Source: a virus
Taxonomy: Duplodnaviria; Caudoviricetes
Virus record (IMG/VR): IMGVR_UViG_3300021255_002723
Location: 30,122-94,121 of that record
Direction: 5' to 3' (one strand)
DNA: 64,000 bases
Under the pieces are notes generated by a model that saw only the letters and a list, made by a program, of their open reading frames with translations, was not told the origin of the DNA and searched no databases. The translations under genes were made by a program, and so were the position numbers. Position 1 is the stretch's first letter. Every line of letters starts with the position of its first letter. Shown here piece after piece: positions 22,501 to 31,431 of this stretch.

Positions 22501-24998
22501 CAAGACATTCCATTAAGATTCCTATCATACTCATTGATATGAGCATCTGAAGCCACTAACTTAAGTGTTGAATTAAGATTTCCAATGTCATTGGCAGTTC
22601 TTAATTCACCGTCACAGAACATCCTTGTCACGCCAAGGATGAACTTGCTGCCTTGAGGTGTTCTTAACGTTGGAATGTCGTTTCTGAGTTTAATCCTTAT
22701 AAATTTATCAGCTTCTTGTTCATTATAGTTAAGTCTTTGCATTACAAGTTTTTTTGCAGCTGCAATGGACTTTGATTCTTGCGACTCTATAATTAGATGA
22801 GAATTATTCATGTTTTTATTTTCATATTGCACGTTTCCCATTGGTTTTATCCCATCCTCATAATATCTCCTTATATCTGCAACAACAGCTTGAGGTTTAG
22901 CATCTGAGTATGAAACTGAATGCAATGTATTTCCTTTGTCATCGGTAAAATCTATGTCAACGTCAACAGCATTTCTAATAAAATCTCGTATTACATAGAA
23001 CTGTTCATTTGTAGGCTCTTTAGTCATGTCAAGAATTCCAGTGTTAACGTCACATCTTATTGCACCGTGATTCATAAAGTCAACAACATAGTTATAGCGA
23101 TACTCGTCATTCCATATTTTTATCCCATTCTGTTTATAAACAGCTGCTATTTGTCTATGGTCTGTTTCTCTATATCCATCACTTCCAAAATTCAACAATT
23201 TCCCATCTGGAAGAATATATCCAGCTTGGTTCAATCTGCTAGTTAAACCAAACTCATCTATGGCCAAAGAAATAATATCATAATTTTCTTTTGGCTGTTC
23301 TAAATCTTTTCCGTTTTCTTCTTTGTTTTCTTCGTCAGTCCAAAGTTTAGTAATTTTATGGAGTCTATCACTTAATGCTGTATATATCTTAATATCTTTT
23401 GGGTCTACACTTATTTCTGGGTGCGTCTTTTTCATCCAAGAGCTTATATACCAACCATCAAACCCATATTTTTCTTTTCCTTGTTTCAAAAAATATTGTA
23501 GGCCGTAATTTGCCTTGTTAAACAAATCATCATATTTATTTTCTATTATTTGCGCTTTATTTTTTTTACTTTCGTGGAAACGATTTCCTTGAGGTTTTAT
23601 CCCTTCATCAAAATATGCTAATATATCGTTTATAATCCTATTAGGGTTTGCATTTTTGTATTCTGCACCACATATCATTTCTGCATAAAATCTCCCCTCT
23701 TTATATGAGGAAATGTCCAAAAATAGACTTCCATCAAATTCTATGATATGTTTTTTCAATGGTTTTATTTGCTCTTTCGTTGGTTTTTTAGTTAATTCTA
23801 TTCCTCCAAGGTTGCCAATTCTTATATTCCCTAAATTCAAGAATTTACCAACAGTCATGCCATTTATTTTAGATATTTCACTATGGTCTCTGAAAGTTAT
23901 AACATCACCATTTGTTAAAATATATGAACTATTCCCTTTGGTTTGTATTTTTTTGGCAATTGCATTAATATCCATAACTGCGCCAATTTCAGATGAATCG
24001 AAACTAGCAGATTCATTGATATTTAAACCATCTAATAGATTTTTATTCTTTGACTCATAATATTCATTTCCTTGTGGCTTAATTCCTTCTGAATAAAACC
24101 TGTCAATTTCTCCCATGACATATCTCCAATCTGGACGTATATAGTGCGCCCCAATACTACTTTTTCCTTGGTATATGTCCAAGTATAGTTCCTCATCTGC
24201 ATAACAAGCAATCGCTCTTCTTAACACGTCTCTTTGCTCACTTGTTGGCTCGCTACCAATATCAATTGACTGGGGCAATACCCTAATATTACCCATTCTT
24301 ATAAAATCAAATTTATTGTTTATGTTTGGTATCCTACATATTTCATTATGTTCTGATTCAGTGTATACCACAACACCATTTGTCAAGATAAAACCTCTAC
24401 AATCCTTGAAATAGTCACCATGCCTTAATAATTTCATGGCCATATTGTTGATGCTATCTTTGTTGCTCACATCCACGTCATTGTCAGAATACAAGTTAAC
24501 AGTTTCAAATGAACCACTGCCATCATTCATGCAAGTTGTTAAAATCTCGTTTTGCATCTTACTGCCAAACATATCTTCTAACGTATCATAATCCACATAG
24601 TCAGTACCGCAAGTATGATAAGTTTCATTATCTAGATATTCTAATTCAAACTCAACATTATCATTAATGTATTCCATCAATGACTCTTGCGTGTTCTCAT
24701 ACTCAGCATCTTGTAGCCATTCTTGATATTCATCTTCGTCAAAATCCCAAGAATAGTTAACTGCGCCAACTTCAGATGAATCGAAACTAGCAGATTCATT
24801 GATGTGATAACCGTTACCGCCTACTGGGGGATTATCACTTTCAGCACCAATTTCATATTCATCAATTTCTGGTGCCGCTTCGTTCACATTTACAGAAACG
24901 TCATTATGGCTGACACCATCAGTGCCAACCATAACTTCGTTTAATCTATTTTTAATCATTATTAAACTGCCTTCATTAAATCTAACAGTCTTACTCAT
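19527..24998 (-). CDS. Multidomain polyprotein: three copies of a repeated domain, WG repeats, nucleotidyltransferase, ART-like domain
   Basis: Three x(Y/F)ILxxG...H...G.IR...PT.EQ...GIKP.GN units; KWNFINQEG repeats; LTGS..NFNWSQYSDIDLH; FHGT...YGYGIYFT; domains separated by INES/IIES/LIES/ITES linkers. Confidence 0.8.
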   Translation of the reverse strand: MSKTVRFNEGSLIMIKNRLNEVMVGTDGVSHNDVSVNVNEAAPEIDEYEIGAESDNPPVGGNGYHINESASFDSSEVGAVNYSWDFDEDEYQEWLQDAEYENTQESLMEYINDNVEFELEYLDNETYHTCGTDYVDYDTLEDMFGSKMQNEILTTCMNDGSGSFETVNLYSDNDVDVSNKDSINNMAMKLLRHGDYFKDCRGFILTNGVVVYTESEHNEICRIPNINNKFDFIRMGNIRVLPQSIDIGSEPTSEQRDVLRRAIACYADEELYLDIYQGKSSIGAHYIRPDWRYVMGEIDRFYSEGIKPQGNEYYESKNKNLLDGLNINESASFDSSEIGAVMDINAIAKKIQTKGNSSYILTNGDVITFRDHSEISKINGMTVGKFLNLGNIRIGNLGGIELTKKPTKEQIKPLKKHIIEFDGSLFLDISSYKEGRFYAEMICGAEYKNANPNRIINDILAYFDEGIKPQGNRFHESKKNKAQIIENKYDDLFNKANYGLQYFLKQGKEKYGFDGWYISSWMKKTHPEISVDPKDIKIYTALSDRLHKITKLWTDEENKEENGKDLEQPKENYDIISLAIDEFGLTSRLNQAGYILPDGKLLNFGSDGYRETDHRQIAAVYKQNGIKIWNDEYRYNYVVDFMNHGAIRCDVNTGILDMTKEPTNEQFYVIRDFIRNAVDVDIDFTDDKGNTLHSVSYSDAKPQAVVADIRRYYEDGIKPMGNVQYENKNMNNSHLIIESQESKSIAAAKKLVMQRLNYNEQEADKFIRIKLRNDIPTLRTPQGSKFILGVTRMFCDGELRTANDIGNLNSTLKLVASDAHINEYDRNLNGMSCQELIQRFAKAMSDNLEAEKAEIGKMAFNTPSDYEIVRIDSFEQAEEYGDYVSWCVTHDNNMFNSYTSDGINQFYFCLRNGFENVEEAPSEGCPLDEYGLSMIAVSVNENGMLNTCTCRWNHDNGGDDSIMNAKEVSQVIGMNFFEAFKPNNKWNELIANVMQRLANGEDIHDVFDYVGYFSEGFASVELNGKWNFINQEGRLLSNQWFDTVGNFSEGFTRVSLNNKWNFINQEGRLLSNQWFDYVGNFREGFASVELNGKWNFINQEGRLLSDQWFDFISNFREGFAKVSLNNKWNFINQEGRLLSNQWFDYVGNFREGFAVVQLNGNVYKLDTSGNLSLIESKNKNKKIVVSENQLKIIKENFDFEVDSSEIDLSSFKKKHELVPNIWKPDGKLDSRIRLKLLDIADDFWKYVNLTWVEPSGIILTGSICNFNWSQYSDIDLHLIVDFNEIDEKTEFVHDYLDAKKNEWNNEHKGLQIMGYQVELYVQNLGEMPESNGIYDLEENDWIKEPNPNDIKPIRLNKFSIKDKAAKIMTIIDDMYDALAATDDSYEIEQMGDDADYLWKKVKEMRKSSLEKHGESGSGNIVYKILRRTGYLDRLWKLSNAVYDKTNSITESVTEGARYDIFRNNQMARYKVIGEMAEDGYVFHGTGEDGNGTEWDTVDPTKIKGGSRGTYGYGIYFTAHAYKCEKYTTYTDGHYIIANINGFNIINLRDKINKDNNIFLDKQKEYYLLQNKLDNARNNREYDRISSMIEEYDNTVDKDLLNAIIQVISESDENDLTYFYLNNHIPLLWYSDRNPDKQLSKLYLSLGIDGFEFDTEYVLFNFELLNHSIVKDKEALIAKYMQKNIEWFKEKNIHVDESVKKYITVLKEEFALDGSSNSNPYKKRWETERKVLKDFICNNGVVMQSKEDNKQGKLYKCFTDTWLSNLIGYNYCLCVQWDEIEMKPKSVVYIRALDKFTPNIRRNIQFDNRGFDNVRGTYDDVRNY
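21536..21990 (-). repeat. Tandem 102-bp WG-type repeats (about 4.5 copies, alternating A/B)
   Basis: Units encode F.EGFA.V.LN.KWNFINQEGRLLS.QWFD; alternate units are nearly identical at DNA level. Confidence 0.9.
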
Positions 24999-25021
24999 TA
25001 ATAAAATTTAAAACACAAAAA

Positions 25022-25342
25022 TTAGTTTTCACAATCATATGCCCACTCATATGTGCCATTACCGCCACACTTACAAATCTGCTGTCTAAGGTCAGTATAG
25101 GTAGCACCGTTCTCACCAATGAACTGAGGAATTTCCTTATACTTGTTAGCATTTTCAGTTGGAAGAGCTTTTTGGTATCCAGTGATGTTCCAATCATTAG
25201 ATGAGAATGTCTTCATACCATTGTCACTGTAGCCATCCTTATCCAATGCGGTCTTGTATGAGTCTACGTCTGTATAAAGCAATTGGTTATCCATATCATA
25301 ACCATAACCTTCATACATATAATCTAAAATGTTAGTCACCAT
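25022..25342 (-). CDS. Hypothetical late protein
   Basis: ORF with highly-expressed-type codons and a late motif at 25377. Confidence 0.65.
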   Translation of the reverse strand: MVTNILDYMYEGYGYDMDNQLLYTDVDSYKTALDKDGYSDNGMKTFSSNDWNITGYQKALPTENANKYKEIPQFIGENGATYTDLRQQICKCGGNGTYEWAYDCEN

Positions 25343-25405
25343 AATTTAAAATATTTTATATTTAATTATTTTATTCTATAAATATTATTCAATAAAAAAA
25401 AGGTA

Positions 25406-27028
25406 TCAAACATTTGATACCTTTTGTTGTTGTTTAATAAAGTTTTCTATCTCTCTATCATTTTTCCTTGCTAATGCCATATAATCATAATCACCTTCTT
25501 TATTAAGTTTAGCAGTATTCACAGTATTATATCTGACAGCCTCCCAATAATCCAACTCTTTATATTCCATATCAATATCCCAAGATTTCAAATATTCATC
25601 ATCTAAACCAATTTTCTTTAACGTTTCATAAACTTGAGCTATTGTACCTACTCTGAATAACTTATACAGATATTGGAACATCGAATTATAGTTTTTGCTT
25701 CTACTTCTATTATATTTTCCTTCGTTATCGTACATTATCTCCCCAGCAAAAGAGTCTGCATATGATTTGCAATATTCATCATCCCATCCCATTGCATCAG
25801 AAAACTTGTCTTTCTGTGGGTATAAAGATATAACACCTCTTCTTACTATCAAATAGGCGCATTTTTTGTTTGTATCAATTCTATCATAGACATTCCCTCT
25901 CTGAAGGTCGTAATATTCATTTTCCATATTTTTTTTGATTAAATACGCCTCCCTAAATGAATTTGCACCAATGGACAAGCAATAGTCCGTCAGCATTTTT
26001 GATATTTTATATGTATATTCGTTTGGCTCATCAGATAAGTATCTTCTAACAGCATCTAGTTTTTCGGCAATACCTTGTATTCCTCCCCAAGTTTTACTAG
26101 GAGCAGCCATTATAGTTCCTATTTTATTTTTGAATTCGCTAAGTTCATATTTTGTTAAATACTCCATTGTTTTTTTAGGGAAATTTTTGCCATCAAAATC
26201 GTGATTTGCATATGCTATAAAACAAATCACTGCTTCAAGACAATCATACACCTTTCTGTAATATAATCTATCTTCAGAAACATACCCTTCTCCATATTCA
26301 ACTTTATCGTTTGCATCTTTACCATTTGGGTTATTAAATTCTTTTTCTGAATCAAAAATCTTTACATATCTACTGCCTAATAGTGTACGATATAAAAATG
26401 ATTGAGCCAACGCCATTTTATTTGGGTCTTTTTCAAAATCAACAATTAATACATCAACTGATTTAATATATCTATGCGCGTTTGGAATCATTGGTTCATA
26501 TGAAAAAATCCTGTCCTCAGACTCATTAGAGATATGATGTTGTACATCATCATAGAAATTATGGTTTATCCAATTTTGTATTTCTTCTTCTGAAGCATTC
26601 GGATGCTCTTTTTTCCATCTGTTAAGCCAAAATACATGCGCTTTGTCATTTGGTGCTGCGTTTCCATTTAATTCCGCTTGTTTCGTGTAGCCATACTTGT
26701 CGGTAAATGTTCCTCCTCCCCAGTAATTGACTTGTTTTCCCTTATATTTAGTCGCTAGAGCGCTTCCATCAAGAACAATCCTAACCCCTCCTTGACTGAA
26801 TTTTTTGGAATAGCCAAATTGACTATTCCCAATTCTAGTGCAAGAAAGGTAGAATTTTCTCTTTCTATCATAGTTATCAGCATCTTTTGCATATGCGGAT
26901 TGTAAATATATTTTATCATCCTTACATATCTTATAGCCATGATTTAATGACGTAAAATGATATAATATATTACTTAATCCTTCAGTCAATAAATGCTCTT
27001 TAGACTCTTTAATATATATTTTTTTCAT
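25406..27028 (-). CDS. Leader-bearing protein with N-terminal ART-like domain
   Basis: MKKIYIKESKEHLLTE, then LYHFT...YLSCTR...ESEDRI. Confidence 0.55.
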   Translation of the reverse strand: MKKIYIKESKEHLLTEGLSNILYHFTSLNHGYKICKDDKIYLQSAYAKDADNYDRKRKFYLSCTRIGNSQFGYSKKFSQGGVRIVLDGSALATKYKGKQVNYWGGGTFTDKYGYTKQAELNGNAAPNDKAHVFWLNRWKKEHPNASEEEIQNWINHNFYDDVQHHISNESEDRIFSYEPMIPNAHRYIKSVDVLIVDFEKDPNKMALAQSFLYRTLLGSRYVKIFDSEKEFNNPNGKDANDKVEYGEGYVSEDRLYYRKVYDCLEAVICFIAYANHDFDGKNFPKKTMEYLTKYELSEFKNKIGTIMAAPSKTWGGIQGIAEKLDAVRRYLSDEPNEYTYKISKMLTDYCLSIGANSFREAYLIKKNMENEYYDLQRGNVYDRIDTNKKCAYLIVRRGVISLYPQKDKFSDAMGWDDEYCKSYADSFAGEIMYDNEGKYNRSRSKNYNSMFQYLYKLFRVGTIAQVYETLKKIGLDDEYLKSWDIDMEYKELDYWEAVRYNTVNTAKLNKEGDYDYMALARKNDREIENFIKQQQKVSNV

Positions 27029-27102
27029 AACTCATACGCAATATATATACATAAATAGTTAGCAATCAATATTTATTATAAATAAAATACACATAAAACG
27101 CT

Positions 27103-27201
27103 ATGATATATTTAAAGAAATTTGAAAATCACAAACAATATGAAGACTATGTGGCAAGTGGATTTTTACACAATTTTTCTGTTGTTCACATACCAAAATA
27201 A
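27103..27201 (+). CDS. 32-aa late ORF or remnant (MIYLKKFEN...)
   Basis: Late motif at about 27069; terminator directly after. Confidence 0.4.
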   Translation: MIYLKKFENHKQYEDYVASGFLHNFSVVHIPK

Positions 27202-27236
27202 TAAAAGGTACTGCATTTGTTACAGTACCTTTTATT
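27201..27236. terminator. Intrinsic terminator; target site of element 2
   Basis: ataaaaggtactg-catttgtta-cagtaccttttat. Confidence 0.8.
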
Positions 27237-27305
27237 ATGGCAATAACATCGCAGTTGACCCAAATATCTAAAAAATGAGCAGCCTAACCAGGTTGCTCAT
27301 TTCTA

Positions 27306-27887
27306 TTAATGTGGTTTAGAAGGTGTTGAACCATTCGTATTGATATTGGTTTCATAGTCTTCTCTTGCATAGAGATAGTTAGAAACGAAGGTCAGCACTC
27401 TTTTTATCTGTTCTTCATTATGGGGTAGTAAAGTATGCAACTTTCTACTACGTGTGGTTTTGTCAGAGTAAGACACTCTATAAAAGTCTTGTGTATTGAA
27501 GTTATATTCGATTGCTCCGATACCAAATGGCCTTAACGACACCGTTAATTGTCCGTGCAATACTATTCTTTCATTGTCTATGTACTTTACATCAGTGAAA
27601 CGCAAATCGACTGGGTACGACTGATTTGTCTTCTCATTGTGTTCAACAAACTCAAGGGTCAAGTTTGGAAAGTTGTCGTGTATTGCAAGTGACAACGCTT
27701 TCATTGTTAAGTTTTCGCTACCTCCCATCTTTGTTCTTGCATTAGGATTTCTACTATTCATATAATCTTATTGTGCATTGTAGTTCGCACCGTGTGTTAG
27801 TGCAGCGCCACGATAGCCTATTTCTTTGATTACTTGTTTTACTATGTTATGTATATCATTCTCTGTTAATCTGATTATCTGTTTCAT
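27306..27887 (-). pseudogene. Passenger gene with leader, split by an in-frame TAA
   Basis: MKQIIRLTENDIHNIVKQVIKE...NAQ*DYMNSRNP; TAA at 27768-27770; a 151-aa ORF remains downstream. Confidence 0.7.
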
Positions 27888-28004
27888 TCTGATACGATAT
27901 TTACCATAAATATCTTCTCGCTGCAAAATTACATTCAATTTCTGATAAAAACAAATTCTACGTGATATTTATTAGAAAAATAACGAATTAATACGTATTA
28001 TAAT

Positions 28005-28400
28005 ATGAATAAGAAACTTATAAGACTAACAGAATCAGACCTTCATAGAATTGTAAAAGAGTCTGTACAGAGGGTTCTAAATGAAGCTTATGACTATAGT
28101 TTGCGCAATACATTGCCTAGAGATATAAACGGCATACCATTACGTGTCGGAGATAAAGTTACTTACTATAATAGAACTGGAAACTATGATACAATACCTT
28201 ATAGGATTGGTGGTACAATAGAGAATATTGAAAAAACTGATGAGGGGGATGGGTTTGTTGTTACTATACAAACAAAAAAGCGTGGAACAATCTCTACAGA
28301 ATGGGCAAAGCACGATGTTGAAAAGGATAATAGCAGTGGCGTAAGTCATCATACTGATGATTTGACAAGACAAATAACGCATGTCTTATTTCCACATTAA
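28005..28400 (+). CDS. Passenger gene; leader plus small beta-barrel-like domain
   Basis: MNKKLIRLTESDLHRIVKESVQRVLNE then DINGIPLRVGDKVTY. Confidence 0.75.
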   Translation: MNKKLIRLTESDLHRIVKESVQRVLNEAYDYSLRNTLPRDINGIPLRVGDKVTYYNRTGNYDTIPYRIGGTIENIEKTDEGDGFVVTIQTKKRGTISTEWAKHDVEKDNSSGVSHHTDDLTRQITHVLFPH

Positions 28401-28403
28401 ACA

Positions 28404-28613
28404 CTAAGCAGCAACAAGACCAACTCTAATCTCAGACCACTTTCTAACAAGTCCAATTGACTTGTCGAACATATGGGCGAATCTCTCTGATTCGCTCATT
28501 TTTCTTGTGTTCCAACGATACACAGCCTCGTCAATGTACTGCTGCAAATGCTCATCAGAGGTGAAATACGAGGTGAGGGAGATAACGCTGTTGAATTTCT
28601 TGAAATCTATCAT
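28404..28613 (-). pseudogene. Internally deleted IS1595-family transposase
   Basis: N-terminus MIDFKKFNSVISLTSYFTSDE joined in frame to the IS1595 C-terminal motif HLQQYIDEAVYRWNTR; TATATTTGTA box at 28642-28651. Confidence 0.8.
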
Positions 28614-28857
28614 AACACTTGGTTTTTTATTTAAATTCTAATACAAATATAGGATTTTTCAACTCCCAAGTGCTGGCTCTTATACATATAAATTTACGAA
28701 ATTGAATATATTCTGAATAGTCAATTTACAAAGTAAATTGTTAACATCAATAATATGGTAAAAAACGAATACAAAAATAATTCCTCAGAATCACGAGGAT
28801 TCCAAGGAATTATTAAAAAGTTGGGTCAACTTCTATGTTATTGCCTTTATTATTATT

Positions 28858-29382
28858 TTAAAAATCAATGCAGAAATCTGCTAATCTCATCAAATCGTTA
28901 TTCAAAACCTTCAATGATAAATCGTCTCTTCCCCATTTTAATCGTTTGTAAGGCACATAACACTCCATTGGGGTATCATATACCACCTCTTTGTTTTTAA
29001 TTGATTCTAGGGCAAATTTAAGCAGTTTTTCTCTATCCACGAATATGATTCTATCATTAGTTCTGAAAGCTATGTATTTTGCTTCTCCTTTAAGCCATCC
29101 ATCTTTGCCTTGTACATTTTGCAGTTCCAACCAATGTATTGTATCATCATAATTGTTGTCTCCTCTTTTATTTTTGCTTAAACCCTTGACATCTATACCA
29201 ATTCTACCTTTACGAGGGCTGTCCCACCAGAAATCAATATGTTTATTAATGTCATCATATTTGGATGCTCTTTCAACTTCTCCTCCTAATGTTTGTTTCA
29301 CTGCATCCATTACGAAATCTTCATCCAATCTCCCACTAAGATAGAACTGCCTAACCGTTTCATTCAATTTTCTCGTAACCAT
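28858..29382 (-). CDS. PD-(D/E)xK-like nuclease
   Basis: HIDFW...GIDVKG...WLELQNV.G..GWL.G.A. Confidence 0.55.
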   Translation of the reverse strand: MVTRKLNETVRQFYLSGRLDEDFVMDAVKQTLGGEVERASKYDDINKHIDFWWDSPRKGRIGIDVKGLSKNKRGDNNYDDTIHWLELQNVQGKDGWLKGEAKYIAFRTNDRIIFVDREKLLKFALESIKNKEVVYDTPMECYVPYKRLKWGRDDLSLKVLNNDLMRLADFCIDF

Positions 29383-29383
29383 T

Positions 29384-30571
29384 TTATCCAACCAATAATG
29401 GCGCTTTAATAGGTGGGTCTGGACTATACCCAATTATTTCAAAATCTTCGTATTTAAAATCCTCTATAGTTTCTTGAGTTCCGTGGATAATTAATTTTGG
29501 GATGTTTTCAGAGCCTTTCCTAGACAATTGTTCTCTAACTGCATCAAAATGTGCTTCATATATATGGCAATCCCCTAATGATGCTATAAGTTCATCAGGC
29601 ACCATATTGACTAACTTTGCAATCATATATGTTAATATTGAATACTCTAACGTATTGAATGGTTGCCCCAAGAATTCATCATTTGAACGCATCGAGTACA
29701 TACAGCTCAAACCATATATAGGGATATTGTTTTCTTTTAGTTTGCTTTCAATTTCAAATTTAGATTTTGTAGGTATCCAAGGATTAATGGCCATTTCATA
29801 AGTTTCAATATCGTTTGTTTTTTCTTTATAAAGTTCCCACCTTTCATATTTGGTCAATTCCCTTGTATAGAACTGAAACATCGTATGACAAGGCGGTAAA
29901 GCCATATCCCCAATTTGGTCTGGGTTATAAGCAACGCACAACATTCTTCTGTCGTTTGGATTTGTTCTAAGAGTATCTATGATGTTTTGTATTTGGTCAG
30001 TATAACCATTGCCGCCAAAACACCTCCATTGTTTTCCATAAATTGGGCCTAAGTCACCAAATCTATATTTAGACATAAAAGAACCCCAAATTTCAACCCT
30101 CTGCAACGTAAGGTCTATGAATTCTTCCTTGGTGATGTTTTGAAGCCATTCAGCATCATCTTTCCTTAGTTCATTTTCAATCCAATACTCAAACTCACCC
30201 TTGTGCAGCACTGACGTTTCGTCATCGTTGACACAAACCATATATTGTTTTGGCTTAAACTCTTTTGAAATTGTATCCTTAAACCAACGGTAAGCGTCAT
30301 CATCCCAGATATGTACACCATTTCTGATAAGGTATTCAATGTTCATGCTATTGTGGGAATTATATGACCTCTGTAAAAACCACAATAATTCAAGGATAAC
30401 TCCTTTGGTGAACACTTTTTTTGTTGTCAGCAATGGCAACCCTTTTTTTAAATCAAACCTAAGTTGTCTTCCGAAAACGGATTTAACTCGTCCAGACCTA
30501 GTATTTTTTTCAACTCCGTTGGTGAGTATGTCTTGCAGCAGATTTAAATATTGTTTATCATTTTCATTCAT
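29384..30571 (-). CDS. thyA: Thymidylate synthase
   Basis: PLLTTKK, LGPIYGKQWR, ALPPCH, RSND.FLG.PFN and HIY motifs. Confidence 0.95.
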   Translation of the reverse strand: MNENDKQYLNLLQDILTNGVEKNTRSGRVKSVFGRQLRFDLKKGLPLLTTKKVFTKGVILELLWFLQRSYNSHNSMNIEYLIRNGVHIWDDDAYRWFKDTISKEFKPKQYMVCVNDDETSVLHKGEFEYWIENELRKDDAEWLQNITKEEFIDLTLQRVEIWGSFMSKYRFGDLGPIYGKQWRCFGGNGYTDQIQNIIDTLRTNPNDRRMLCVAYNPDQIGDMALPPCHTMFQFYTRELTKYERWELYKEKTNDIETYEMAINPWIPTKSKFEIESKLKENNIPIYGLSCMYSMRSNDEFLGQPFNTLEYSILTYMIAKLVNMVPDELIASLGDCHIYEAHFDAVREQLSRKGSENIPKLIIHGTQETIEDFKYEDFEIIGYSPDPPIKAPLLVG

Positions 30572-31093
30572 TTAATTGTCATTGTTTTCTTCGTTATTAT
30601 TTGGTGTATTTCCTTGATTTTGTTGCTGATTTTTCAAGTTATCAATGTATTGCATTATTATTGGGGAATTGCCAATAAACTCGCCAAAATGAGACAATTT
30701 ATGTTTATAGCAATTTTCAGACTCATCATCGTCTATTTCCTTTACCCACTTGGCAAAATCCTTATCCAAAGCTTGTATGTACTTTGGCTTGACTCTTTTC
30801 CTGACTTGATTTTCAATGAATTCACCCCTTCTTTCTTCCGAAGGATAAAACACATCATAATCTACAGCTTTGGCATTGAAAGCCTCTCTAGTCTTTTTTG
30901 AGGAGTCAATGAAAACGATGTCATTTTCATCAACAACAGACAAAACATTGTTGACATAACCCTCTAATGCGTCATCTGTGACCTCATCCATTGGGATTTC
31001 TTCAACTGCATCAAATATCTTAACCTTATCGCCATAAGAGTTTTTGAGATATTCTCTACCACAACCAATAAAACTACTAATTATTATTCCCAT
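30572..31093 (-). CDS. Degenerate P-loop/kinase-like hypothetical protein
   Basis: IIISSFIGCGREY resembles a decayed Walker A. Confidence 0.45.
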   Translation of the reverse strand: MGIIISSFIGCGREYLKNSYGDKVKIFDAVEEIPMDEVTDDALEGYVNNVLSVVDENDIVFIDSSKKTREAFNAKAVDYDVFYPSEERRGEFIENQVRKRVKPKYIQALDKDFAKWVKEIDDDESENCYKHKLSHFGEFIGNSPIIMQYIDNLKNQQQNQGNTPNNNEENNDN

Positions 31094-31149
31094 GTGTTAT
31101 AATCAAATTCTTTTGGATTATTTTATTGTTTGACTTCACGGTCAACACT

Positions 31150-31431
31150 CTAGACTTTAACTTTTTCTAAACGTTCCTTTAAGCGATTCAGCTTGTATTC
31201 TCTTTCCTTTTCAAAAGCCTCATATCCAAATAACGTTGCCATCTGTTCAACCATTATTGAAACGTCTGCAAGTTCTGTTATCACGTCTTTCTCTTCAACG
31301 CGCATACGGTCAAACTTTCCAATTGCTGAAAACAATTCACCAACTTCTTCCATCAGCATTTTCTGTTGGGCTGGAACTCCCCATTTTTCCAACGCCTTAC
31401 TAAAAAGGCTTATCCTCTCCGTTTTCTCCAT
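31150..31431 (-). CDS. MazG-like nucleotide pyrophosphohydrolase
   Basis: EEVGEL...ELADV motif. Confidence 0.75.
   Translation of the reverse strand: MEKTERISLFSKALEKWGVPAQQKMLMEEVGELFSAIGKFDRMRVEEKDVITELADVSIMVEQMATLFGYEAFEKEREYKLNRLKERLEKVKV

Larger units (their letters stand above)
27239..28845 (-). mobile_element. IS1595-type element 2 with internally deleted transposase and two passenger genes
   Basis: TIRs at 27239-27262 and 28822-28845 match those of element 1 in inverted orientation; 8-bp direct repeat tttattat at 27231-27238 and 28846-28853. Confidence 0.92.

Noticed and set aside
28755-29000. 81-aa plus-strand ORF crossing the element 2 end (also 8643-8981 at element 1)
   Set aside because: Spans the TIR and overlaps a real antisense gene; likely spurious
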